A stretch of 64,000 bases of DNA, taken from positions 246,698,001 to 246,762,000 of the forward strand of contig OZ024743.1 of the NCBI GenBank assembly GCA_964016885.1, in the 5' to 3' direction. The position numbers and the translations under genes are program-made. Shown in pieces: positions 24,421-37,478 of this stretch; positions within the stretch are counted from its first letter, which is position 1, and the number at the start of each line of letters is the position of its first letter. The stretch is from Eledone cirrhosa. Its lineage: Eukaryota. The notes under the pieces are model-generated. The model searched no databases and had not been told where the DNA came from. It saw only the letters and a list, made by a program, of their open reading frames with translations.

Positions 24421-26454
24421 TATCAATATTAAATTGTTCTGTCAATTGAACTCATCTTTAAAGACATTTTTTTTCCAGCATTTACACTACTCTTCAACCA
24501 GTTTGATAACCTACCAACATCTGGTGTACCATTTCTAGGTTTTTACACATAATATGAGACTGAATTCAAATGGGGAACTGAAATTTCCGAATTAAGAGTA
24601 ACAACGTTTTTATCAAGTAGGCCACTGATTCATATACAATTAATTAAACGTTAATACAACAATTAATTGATAATCTGAACGAGATTCCTAAATTCCAGTG
24701 TTTGTAGTACCAGTTGATGTTGGTGTGACTAAGATAAGCTGTGAAATTAAATACAAGTCTTAATATAGCATTAACCTTTTTATTATCATATTTCTGATAA
24801 AAGACACTGCTTAAGATTTTAAAATAATTTTGAAACTAATCAAGAATTTACATATAACTAATGTCCTCATTATTAAGTTGGTGTTTGGAGAATAACTTAA
24901 ATGTTCTTACATGAAATTATGAGGGAAGGTTTTTAGATAACTATAAACATTTTCAAATAAAAAGGTGTGTTTCATAGAATCAGGAGTGCTTTCAGCTGGC
25001 TTGGTATCAAAAGGGTTGATTTTTTTCATTACCATATTTCTTGGGGAGGATTTAGTAAATAACTAACTTGCTTATTATTAAGCTGATGTTTGGAGTATAA
25101 CTTAATAAAGTTTCTGGCATAAATTTATGATTATGATGCCTTGAGTGAATTTAGTAGACAAATTATAGGAGACCCATCTCTTGTATGCCATCTGCTATGA
25201 ATGTCATGTCACACTGTTATAAGCTTGTAATGACAGTTATTTATCTCCCCCATAAACAATATGGCCAGCAGTGTCAAGGTGCAATAAAACATTAGCAGCA
25301 CACACCATACTTAGGATAAAGAAGAGCATCCAGCAGAAAAGAGATCTTGTCTAACCCATGTAAGCATTGATAAACAGACAAAACTAATGATAACGATAAA
25401 CATTTTAAAAAGTTTGTATCATAGAACCAGGAGAGATTGTTATAGGGGTTTCAAATAGTTAAATTGGTTTTTGGAACATAACAAAAATTCATAAACACCA
25501 ATATCTCTGTTATGATGATGAACATTTGTTAAGTTATGTTCCCAAAACCAATTTAACTTATATAAAATTATGATGCAAGTTTAAAAAATAAATAAATATA
25601 AACACTTTAAAAGAAAGTTTTGTTTCACAGAAGCAAAAGGTGGTTGTATGTGGTTTGATAGTAAAATGGTTAAAGCAGTACATCAGATAAATTATGGTAG
25701 AAAAAGAGATAACAGCTGGATTGCATTCATTGTAATGATAGAAATAAATGGAAGGGAAAAACACAAAAGTACATGGAACAGCTTTTCAAACAATAAGTCA
25801 TCATGTAGGAAATAGAATGGAAATCAATAGTAATTTGATTGATCAGTGAACCAAGACAAAAAATCATTTCACATCATTTGTTATCAGGTCATGGCAGTTG
25901 ATATCAAGTTATTTTACTAATCTTCATTATTTCAACATAGTAAAAAAATGTCTTCACACACTTTCATACAAAGACATGCACGCACGTACGCACAAACAAA
26001 ATGTTGAAGGTCTAAATGGATAAAGCACATACAAAATTATAATTCTGCAAGAAAATAACAAATAAGGAGTCTTTAACTCAAATATAGTTATTAAAAATAC
26101 CCTCCTTAACACCACCACATTCCTCATTCTCCTCCTCCTCTTCATTATCATTTGTTTTTCTATGCTGTGAATGGTTGGACAAGATTTTCAAAGCAGTATT
26201 TTTGATGGGTTTCCTGATGCCACCCTCATACTTTATTTCAACACCATTTACATCAAGCATAAACTATAAAGTGGTAGGCATTTGGAAGGTCATCCAGCTA
26301 TAGAAACCATGCCAAAATGGTATGTATCTGAGTGACACATGGTTACCTAGGAGAACAGTAGCTCCAGTTAAATACTGACTGGGTCTATAACAACCTGTTT
26401 AATCCATGCCAGCATGGAAAAATGGACATAAATGGTGATGAAATTAAGATGTCA

Positions 26455-26659
26455 CCCTTTAACATTTACATTACTCTATATTTACTATTGTATTTTCATG
26501 GTAAACACTTTATCTCACATAATATTGAATCTATGAGATTTTGATATTTATTTTGTGAACAATACCTTAACAGAAGTATGAGCAGCTGGTTACAGCCGGT
26601 TTGAACACAAAGAGGTGAGAGAATTCTTGCCGGATGTGGCCAGTTTAAATGCTAAAGGG
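26455..26659. mobile_element. piggyBac-type MITE, family A (opposite orientation)
   Basis: CCCTTTAACATTTA ... TAAATGCTAAAGGG|TTAA; reverse complement of 27529-27749. Confidence 0.7.
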
Positions 26660-27528
26660 TTAATGGAAATAGACAGTCTAATTTGTTGCAAAATGTGTAC
26701 TTGGTAGCAGAGTAATTGATTAAATAATAAATATTTCTGCATAACGCAGCATATATTAGAAAATCAAAGTTAAATTTAATGTAGGTATAATTACAGTTTA
26801 TAAACCTCACTGGGAAAATTTAAAATATGAAAACATTGTTATTCCTTTTGCACAAAAAAAACAACAAACATAAGAGGTTGCCTATATTTGTTTTGCAGCT
26901 AATTAGCCAAACATCAGAAGACATGTACTATTGTCCTATTTACAAAGAGAGTTATAACCAAATGCTATTTATATCAAGCACAAACTACAACTAAAATGGG
27001 ATATATATATATATCAAATAAGATTAGTTAAGGCAGGATTATTTCACCATAATTGCTTTATTGCATGATATATATTTCTGTTACATGGTTATAGAGGTTA
27101 CTTCATCAGATGTTTATGTACTCATAGGTGTAGTTATGTAATCATTGGGGGTATGCTGCTGGCCATGTATAACCACACTGTAAAGTGGTCATGTAGGTGT
27201 TGTGACAAAAAGCACCCAGCCAACACTGTAAAATGGTTGTGTAGGTGTCATGACAAAAAGTACCCAACCCACACTGTAAAGTGGTTGTGTAGGTGTCACG
27301 ACAAAAAAAGCACCCAGCACACATTGTAAATGGAGTTGGTGTTAGGAAGGGCATCTAGCCGTAGAAAGTAAACCAGAAACAGTTCTGTATGAGCAGAATT
27401 TGTTTCAAACGGGACAACCCATCTAACTCATGCCAGCGTGGAAAATAGATATGAAACGATGATGATGGCACACACACATACAAGAGTCCTTAACATCATT
27501 TATAGGTTTATGGGAAATGTGGCTTTAA

Positions 27529-27749
27529 CCCTTTAGCATTTAAACCGGCTGTATCCACCCAAAATTCTCTCACCTCTTTCTGTTCAGACTGGCTGCAAAT
27601 GGCCACACATATTGACATTAAAGTATTGTTCTCAAAATAAATAACATCAAAATTTCATAGATTCAATATTATGTGAGATAATTATGTAAAATAAAGCCTT
27701 TACTGTGAAAATACAATAGTAAATATAGATTAATGTAAATGCTAAAGGG
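27529..27749. mobile_element. piggyBac-type MITE, family A
   Basis: Perfect 14-bp TIR CCCTTTAGCATTTA with TTAA on both sides. Confidence 0.85.
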
Positions 27750-28681
27750 TTAATAGGCCTTTAAGTCTTTTGATTCTTGCCATGTGCAACCTGGTATTTT
27801 TACAATAGGCACACCACGTCCCTGCGTTTCATAAGAGGTGCCTAAAAGAGTTGGCATGAGGAACAGCATTCAACTGTAAAACTTTTTAACTACACAAAAA
27901 TACAATAGTATATATAGAGTAATATAAATGCTAAAGGGTTAAGTGAAACCAATTTTCCATAGGTTAGACGATATAAAAAAGAGTTATGTTTCTATAGTAT
28001 AGTCGTAATGACCAAACTTTTCAATAAACACTTATATTAAAACCCTAGACCACCCGTGACCTGTTGGGTTGCATGCACTTAAAAAATAATTAAAATATAC
28101 ACAGACATGTATATAATGTAAAATGAAATTCGAAGGCCCATATATATAATATTGCTATTTTGCTGAACTCCTTACACTTGTAGAGTTTTTTTCGGAATGT
28201 TTTGACTGTTGTTTCATGTAAACAGACATTCGTCTCATTCTGACCTCACCAGCCATCTCTCTCCATGTGCGTTTATTTTTCATAATTACGTACGAGGTGA
28301 ACTTAGCCTGTCTTTAAATTCCCTTTTTGGCATATTCTACAGCAGAAATTAGGGTTATCGTGTTTGAGCTCTGCTGATGAACGACTCCAACCGTGACCAT
28401 CCCCACTGAAAGTTTCGCGAAATAGTCTTTTTAAGACCAGAGCATTTGTAGTTTTTCCAAATTGAAGGATGAGTATTTAAACTTTATTTTATTCTGAGTT
28501 AAGGCTCTTATGATTTTTCCCTGGATTTCACAAAATTCTATGGATTAATCTGTCTTGATTTTCTTTGAATTATTTTCCCACATCTTACGTTAACTATTTT
28601 TCCATTTTGACGTTATAGTCACTTATATATTATGAAATACTGTTGGCTTCACGCCCACAACAATTTCTATACTTTACTTTA

Positions 28682-28715
<34 letters not shown>

Positions 28716-29200
28716 ATAATAATAAATGTGAAGACTAAAATCCAAAGAGGGCTTGATAAGGATTATATATATATAAATATAAATACACACAGACTTAGAA
28801 ACCCGTTCTATTTAGCAGGATACAGTAATGCTGTATTCGTTTCTTTGAAGTCACCAATTTCATTCAACAACACCATCAGCTCTCTCTCTCTTGCATTTTC
28901 CTTCTTTATCTCCTTCTCTCTCTTGCTCTAAGTTTCTCTCTCATAACCACTATCTCTTTCTCTCTATCCTTCTCTCTCTCTATTTATGAAGGTACCCGGA
29001 AAAACCCTGTATCTCGGGGACCTGTGCAACGATTTACGCAAAACTTGTTTTATTCCATTTGTATTCCCATTTCAGGGTCAACTTCCTTTCAAAGTATTTT
29101 CCCATTATGCGCCCTTTAGGCTGTATTACATTACAGACAAGCAGGCAAGCAATCACAGAGTTTTAGTAGTATATGAGGATGTGTGCTATATGAAAATTAA

Positions 29201-29446
29201 CCCTTTTTTAAAACCATATTTCTAAAGACACTGCTAACAATTTTCAAATCATTTTGAAAATAATAAAAATGTGGAGGGATTTAGTAATATATCTTCTTCG
29301 TTATTAAGTTAGTGTATAGAACACAATTCAAATGGTTCCCACAAAAATTATAATGGAAGGTTTAAATTTAAATATGAGCACTTTAAAACAAACATTTTTG
29401 TATCATAAAAATAGAGGTAGTTTCAGACAGTTTGGTATCAAAAGGG
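29201..29446. mobile_element. piggyBac-type MITE, family B
   Basis: TTAA|CCCTTTT ... GGTATCAAAAGGG|TTAA. Decayed relatives lie near 12370-12568, 20160-20410, 24773-25017 and 39690-39925. Confidence 0.7.
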
Positions 29447-32400
29447 TTAATAAGAACCAATAAGATCATTCTTATTGGTTCTTATTTAAAAAAACATTTC
29501 CAAGATTTGTTGTCATACACTTTCTTGTTTGTATAATTTCCTTTACAGTTATATCCAAATATTTATTAAGGTGTTTCTTACTGAATATTTATTAAGGTGT
29601 TTCTTACTGAATCTCTCATACTATGAAGATCTTTTTCGGTAAAAGTGGTTAGATTTAGCTAAAAACAAATCCTAAATTGTTAAAATTTGTGGCTTCAGCA
29701 TCCTCACATTCATTATCTTTATATTCTTCAACATGATGTTCCATCTCCACAAGGTCCTTATTAGATATTTCTTCTCCATATTTCTGTGTATCATAGGAAG
29801 GACTATAATCATCACCAGAAATTTACATTCACATCCACTTTCCACTCTGCCATGGGTTGGATTAGCTTGTCATGGTCAGAGTGACAGGTCAGAGTGACCT
29901 CATCTTCTTCATACATTCCATATTTGGTTTCTATGGGTGGAAGCTCTTCTCGATGCCAGTCACTTTACAGAGAATACAGGGTGCACTATTTCATGAATCC
30001 ATCACTACCATTTTACAGAGTGTACTGGGTTCATTCTGTCATGGCACTAACACACTTTACAGGGTGGACTGGGTGCATTTTATTGTGGCACTGGTACTAA
30101 AGAGGTTGTCACATGTTTGTCTAAACTGAAGTGCCCTCTGAAAACCTATACTGCCTCAGTACAGGTTTTGAGAGGACACTTCATTAAATCACAACTTGGT
30201 GTGTCAGTCTAATCTCCTGATGAACATTTTTGTATTGGCTTCTTGAAACACAGGAAATTTGTAATGCATTCTGGATGGATGTCATTCCAGAAGAGATCCA
30301 TTGTCATTGTTTCCATTTCTCGCCACACCTTTCAATAGCACTGGGTAAATCCAATAACATATGGCACCCATGCTGAAATTCCTTTACAGTAAGTTTAGTT
30401 TCACAACTAGTAGCTTAATTCATTGTATGGAAGATGTGTCATAAAAGTATGTGGAGTGAAAGTTGCCTTATAGACTACTGCATTAGAAAGGAAGAATATC
30501 CTTAATGAACAGGTAGTTTGGTTAAAGTTTCCTGCATAAGTGTATGCTTTTTTATTGTACTGTGTGATACTGAAAGTGATTTTTATCTAGGCAAGTGTAA
30601 CCCACCTTAACATAGTACACATTAAAAAGCTGGTAATATTCACGTGTGCTTTGGAAATATTGCTTAATTAAGGCTAGAAAGTTCTTGGCTATGTTTTGAA
30701 TGAGGGTTTCTTCTTCCTAATTTGTTTTTAGACTGGTGTGGGTGATCCTTCATGCACACTAACTTCTCACTAAGCTGCTCTTTAACACCTTCTTTGTTCT
30801 CAGGTGGTCTATGATTAATGGTTTAGTGTGTGTGTAAATTTTAAAGAGTTACAGATGGAGATATATATATAAATATACAAACACGTGGCATATATAATAA
30901 CAACAGTGAGTCTAAATACAAGAAAAATATGAGAAAGAATACTCAATCATTGCTACTCCAATGATACGAGCTCGGATGGTGTGGGAGAACATCCTTTACC
31001 ATGCAGAAACCCAAGCACAAAACACCTCACGGTTCAGTGGACAGAATGGAGAAAGCATTGCTCTGGAGAGAGGCGCATTGAAATAACCATTCCAACCTGT
31101 GGGGCTCCCTCCTGTGGGTGACCAATTTTGCCTTGATAGCAGTGAGTAAGGAAGTGGTACTGGGATTAAGAATGGTAGAAGTCTCCACCATTACAGGTTC
31201 AATGACAAACCTATTTGAAAGCAACAGAGATTTCAACAGCTTGTGATTCTGGGCCAGTCACCGAATGCACCAGATTGATATTCAAGAAAGTGTTGCTGCA
31301 TGTTGCATACTGTACAATTCTTAGCTTTTGAGGATTGATAAATAAAGTAACAGTTTACTGTCACCATAAAAATTGTGACATGATAAGACTAGGACCCTTA
31401 TCATTAATACACCCAAGAAATCTCTTATTAAATACCTCATGCGAAGTTGATGGCTAAAACTACACAGTTGTGAGCAGTTATAATAACAACATACAGCTAA
31501 CTACATAGACACACACAGCCACACTAACATATGTATAACAAGCCAAGGTCAACTGACCTGCTAGAAATACCAGTAAAATATTATTCATATCATACTCTGC
31601 CATCTTATGAAAAGAAGCACATATGGGACAATATAGTCTTACACGAGATTGTTATAAATTGGGAAATTCGAAATTTGAAGGTAGAGTTGCCACAATACAA
31701 ATAACTATGATAATATTTAAAAACTATAAATGGAAAAAAGTGGAGTAATGGTTAAATGTGCTCGTTTGGTGTATGAGAAATATGAAGTCTTATTTCTCAC
31801 AGGCATCTCTGTACCCTTTTTTTTCAGGGGTAGTTTAGCTAATTTATTCAACTATTATTTATGGTTATCAAGTATCTGTAATGTGGTCATTATATTTTCA
31901 AATTTGCAAATACCTTGTAAGTCAACCAAATCTTGTTAACACTTCTAATTTAATACTTAAATCTTCTACAAAGATAATAATTAGCAGCCATGTGCCTATA
32001 ATGTTCAAACGCAATTGCCTGACAGACAAAAGATATGTAGTTCAATGCTCTGTAGGTGTCTCCAGAGTTACTTTACCCAATTTATTCAATTACAACCCCC
32101 GTCATAAGGTAAAAAAGGCCCTTAGTCGAATCAATGACTGACAACCTTCTTAATGCTGAAACCATGATAAAACATACCTAGCCAACTCTGTAAAGTGGTT
32201 GGTATTAGGAAGGGCTTCCAATCATAGAAACCATGCCAAAATAAAGTTGAGGGACCCCTCCAGTCATGACACAACAACAACTCTTGTGTTGATGCCATGA
32301 AAATGACATCCAGCCATGGTAAACCTGCCAAATAAAGAGTCAAAAAGACTCTTCGGCTGTGTCATTCCTTTATTGATGCTGGCATGGGCTGGATGTGTTG

Positions 32401-33939
32401 TCATGGATCGAGTCAATTTTATTTTGAGTTACTGGCCTCTTACAGGGTTGGGGGATCATGTCTAACCCTAATTCCCATTTTGGCCTGTTTTCTATGACTG
32501 AATGCCGTTCTTAACACCAACCACTTCACAGAGTGTACGTGGGTATATTTTATCAAAAGAACAGCACTAGAGAAGCTGTCATGTTTTCAACAATACCAAA
32601 GCATCCTCTTTGCCGTATGTTGAAATAGACACATGTAAACACCTTAACTTTATATACAATATCTTCATAGATAGAAATAGAGGGATCAGCAAGACTAGTT
32701 TCAATCCTGTGTTGGGATTCACCCATACACTGAAGACACTACTTATAAACTCACTATTTTTAAGGGTTTAAGTAAAGCAGATAGACTAAGTTGCAGACTG
32801 TTGACCAAATTTCAATCACAAGGTACTGGTCAATCTGAGGCTTCAGTAGAAGACATTTTCTTAAAGTGCAGAGTGGAACTGAACTTGAGCTTCTTAACTA
32901 CACAACCATGCCCATGTATACCCATTGCATCATAATTGTCATCCTTCTAACACATGACTTGTTCTCATCCTCATTAACCTGTCTGCCTTAGGACTAGGTA
33001 TCCTTTCACCACATGGGTAGTGATGGCTCTTCAGTTGTGTCTAAGACATGACAGCCTCACTAGTGCTGATGCCATAAGAAATGCATGCAGTACATACTGT
33101 AAAGGGTTTGGCATTAAGAAGGGCATCCAACTGTTGAAAATTTGCTAAACAATGGATGAGAGGGCTCTTCAGTTGTATCAAGGGCACAGCAAGATTCCTA
33201 GTGCTGGTGCCATGATGAAATGCATCCTGTGCATTCTGTAAAGTGGTGGGTGTTAAAAAGAGTACCAAGTGCCAAACAGTTGTGTCAAGGGCACAACAAC
33301 CTCCTTAGTACTGGTGTCACTATAAAATGCCCCCAGTCCTTTCTCTAAAGTGTAAGAATATGAGATGCACCCCCCCCCCCTGTGAAAACAGTGGCTCTGA
33401 GTGCAGACTTGGTCCGTGATGACCTGTCCAATTTAGGTCAGCATTGAGAAAAGAATGTTAAATGATGATGATGATGAGGAGGAGGAGGAGACTGATATAT
33501 ATTATGTGTATATATAAATAGGTGTCATAAGTGGTGTGCTAGCAGTATAGAGAAGAAGCAACATCAAATTCATTGTTGTGATGTGATGGTGGATATTGTA
33601 GTATGTAAATTGTGGTTTTGTTGTTATACAGAATTATCATGATAAAACACACCTATGCACCCAACCCACTAAAGAAAGTGGTAGTGCTGGTAACATGAAC
33701 AGAGGTAGTGGTGGTGGTGGTGGTGCTACGAGAAAATGAATGTACTATACACTATGACGTGTTTGGCATTAGGAAGGACATCCAGCTGTAGAAACCATGC
33801 CAAAATGGAATGTGTGAGCAAGACAGTCAGCTGACTTGTCTATCTAGCTTCAGAATGATAACTCATCTAGCTCATATATAAAACAGTGATGATGATGTTG
33901 ACATAGCAGACTGAATGAAGATAATATAGAGTAGTGAAT

Positions 33940-34220
33940 ACCCTAACAACATGGAACACAGGCCGTCTCTCAGCACAAAATCCCTCTCCTCTGGCTCTAG
34001 TGATGCTTGGCCCTTCTGGTCTTGCCTGAATTACCTCTGTACAGCTGTTCACCTCCAACTGCCAATGCAGGCAATTACAAACTATGGAGCACCTTCTAGT
34101 TTGCCCCAATCTTGAAGATTCATGCACACTTAATGACTTTGAAACCTTAACATCCCCAGGCAAGGACTCTGTGCACAGCACTGGATCGGTGTGGTGTAGT
34201 GATTTAATAAGAAAAGAAGA
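33940..34220 (+). mobile_element. 3' end of a different LINE (CCHC-type C-terminus, possibly Ingi/Vingi or I-group)
   Basis: Translation NCQCRQLQTMEHLLVCPNL fits the CxC...QTxxHxxxC knuckle. An AAG-rich tail follows shortly after. Confidence 0.5.
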
Positions 34221-35579
34221 CCCGCTAATCTTGTGGTTTCACAATAAAATGGACCCAGTACACTAGGTAAAGTGGTTGGTGTTAGGAAGGGCATCCATCC
34301 ATAAAAGGCATACCAAAAATGGAAAATACAAAAAAGATGAGGTTCTCCAACCTGCCCAGTCTCAAACTGTGACAACTTGTCCAACTTATGCACATATGGA
34401 AATCAGACAAAAAATGATGAGTTTAGGTGTGCTTGCCAACAGGAGCCATAACCATCTGAAACATCTGGTTCTATGGTACAAAGCTGTTTATTATAAAGTA
34501 ATTATCATCATCATCTTATTTAAAAGCCTTTCATCATAATTCTATGCAAGAATTAACCTTTGTTAATAATGAGAAAGTTAGTTATATTAATAAATCCATC
34601 AAAATCATTGAATATTTTGAAAATTATAGACAGTGTCTTTCATTAGAAATATGGTAACAAAAAGTATTCACAATGTTGGGGATGGGGATCTCAACTGTCA
34701 AACTTATTACAAGTTCCTGTTGTTGGTCTTTAGCCAGAGGCCAGCCCTAAACCCCCTGCCCATTATTTAATATCCATTTTCCCTGCTAGCATGACCTGGA
34801 CAGATTGTTACAGACCAAGTCAGCACTTAATTGGAACCCCTGGTCTGTCAGATGTACTGGGGATCACATCTCATTCACATATGTTCCCATGCTCTGCAGA
34901 GTGTACCAGTATTAAACCCATGTTAGAATGGAAGATAGACGTTAAACAATGATGATGATGATGATGATGATGTCTGACAAAACTGAAGAGTCTTCTGGAC
35001 CATTTCTTTCACAAGTTTTCTGATTTGAAGCCTTTCCTATCCCTAACCCCTTTACACTGTACTGGTTTCATTTTATTGTGTCATCAATACTAGAAAGGTC
35101 AGTGTGCCCTTGAATCAATCAGTCCTATAGTCAAAAATATTACAGCTGTGGCTAACTGATCTTTTATTGTGGTTCAAAACTTTGTTCTGCAATCATGTGA
35201 CTTCAGGCTTAATCACACTATGTAGCACCTTGGGCAAGTGTTTGCTACTGTAGCCTCAGGCTGACCATGTCTGATGAGCCAATTTAGAGGACAGAAATTG
35301 GAAAGGGGCCTGTATATGTTTGTATATATATTACTGCCTCTCTCTACCCTGCTGAGGTCACAAAGACCTCTCTAGTGTTGGTGCTATGATAAAATTCAGC
35401 CAGTAAACCTTATGTTGTTGGATTTAAGAAGAGCATCCAGCAATAAAAATCATGTAAAAAAATGGAATGTATGAGCAAGGCTTGGTCCTTCCAACCTTGT
35501 CCAGTCACAGAGAGTGACAACCCATCCGACCTATGGTAGCATGGAAAATGAATGTAAAATGATGATCACGATGATATAT

Positions 35580-36115
35580 CATCATCATCGTTTAACGTCT
35601 ATTTCCCACGCTAGCATGGGCTAGACGGGTTTGTCCCATTAGAAGCAAGTTGGCTTGGGTCACTGTCTTGCTCATATAGGACTGTTTCTGGCTAGATTAC
35701 TAAGGCTGGATGCCCTTCCTAACGTCAACCACATTTACAGTGTGTGCTGGGTGTCTCCTACATGACCACTTCATGGAGGATATGCGACGGCTGAATGAAG
35801 CAAGCAAGCTCCGATGGATGTGCAATGTCAATGTGGGTGAACAACCAAGCATAGACGAGTTGTATAAGAGGGATAAACTGTAGTGTGCGGGAGAGAAGAC
35901 TGCGTTGGTATGGACATGTGATGCGCATGGAGGATGACCGCTGGGTAAAGAAGTGCCAAGAAATCCCAGTAGAGGAAGACCACGGAAATCATGGGCGGAG
36001 GCGGTGAGAGCTGACCTCAGATCACTGAAGCTCACAGAGGAGATGACAAAGGACTGTGATGAATGGAGAGATGCTGTGCTGAAAAGGACCCATCCCACCC
36101 TTGCAAGCAAGGAAA
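35580..36115. mobile_element. RTE 3' UTR fragment (minus) fused to a decayed RTE ORF end of a related family (plus)
   Basis: (CAT)n TTTAACGTC at 35580. From ~35770 the plus strand reads RRLRWYGHVMRMEDDRWVKKC and RGRPRKSWAEAVRADL. Confidence 0.75.
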
Positions 36116-37141
36116 ATCATCATTTTCATCATCATTTTGCGCCCGCTTTTCCCTGCTTGCAAGGGTGGGACGGGAACTGATTCTGGCTTGATTTCTACAG
36201 CTGGATGCCTTTCCTAACACCAACCTCATTTACAGTGAGTGCTGGGTGCTTTTTTCCCGTGGCGCCTACACGTCCACTTTACAGTGTGGGCTGGGTGCTT
36301 TTATTGCTGTGGCACCTCCACGACCACTTTGCAGTGGAATGATAGGGACCCCAGTCCTATCATCTCATTTCTACAGCTGAGTAAACTGGAGCAATGTGAA
36401 ATAAGGTGTCTTGCTCAAGGAAACAACACATCACCCAGTCTGAGAATTGAATTCACAACCTTTCGATTGCAAGGCCAATGCTCTAACCACAAAGCCATGT
36501 GCCTCCAGCAGACGTAAAATGATGATGATGATGATATATATATATATCAGTTCTGTATGAGCAAGACATGGTCACTTGACCTGGCATTACCCACAACAGG
36601 ACAACTCATCTAACCCATGCTAGTGTGGAAGAATGGACGTAAAATGGTGATGATGATATATATATATATATTATTCTCCTAGTTTTAATTAATTTCATCA
36701 TCATCATCATTTAATGTTCATTTCCTTTATTCATACCAAGAATTCTTGCTTCGATAGTGCTAAGTGGCCTTCCTCTTTTAAGACCATGTGGTACAACAAT
36801 ACTGGACAACTACAGTGCTTGGCAGTATCTTAGTATCCAGATCAAAGACAGATATAAATCAAATGAATTCCTGCTGATGACAATATTGCCTGTTCTAATT
36901 ACATAATATCTGTTACAGCTTGCAAATGCACAACAGAAGTAACATGAGAAACTGTTACAGTTCAAGTAAAAAATTCTTTTCTCTTTTGTATTCATTGTTG
37001 TTATATACTATAGCTGGCATACAACCGGTCTATATATTATTGATGGTGTTTCCCTCAAATATAGTGTTTAAGGATTACCTTAGATAACTTGACTTGTGTT
37101 GTCACAATGAAAATACAACTTCAATGTAAAACTTTAAACAA

Positions 37142-37180
<39 letters not shown>

Positions 37181-37478
37181 CAGGGGTCTTTTGTGGCACC
37201 AGGGAGCTTTAGTGGCACTAAAAATTTGAATTAACAAATCCATTTTTAGATATTTTCTGCAAAACAGTGGAATGTGATTGATGGAGATTTGGCTGCTATT
37301 TTTAAAAGGGTCAGTGACATTATAAAGTCTTTATGTACCTTGTTTATTCCTACAAAACAGATTCAGACTGAGCTATTTTATAGTGATTTTGATGCAGACA
37401 AAATACAAGGTGAAGAGAGCTGTATAGAATTTGAAATGGTTAAATAATAAAATAGGAAAATAGAAAACTTGGGCTTAC

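Noticed and set aside
28370-28420. CTGATGA...GAAA hammerhead-like words
   Set aside because: No pairing is possible for stems I, II or III.
30940-31300. GC-richer stretch, possible exon or L1/Tx1 remnant
   Set aside because: Stops occur in the plausible frames and there is no diagnostic motif; left unassigned.
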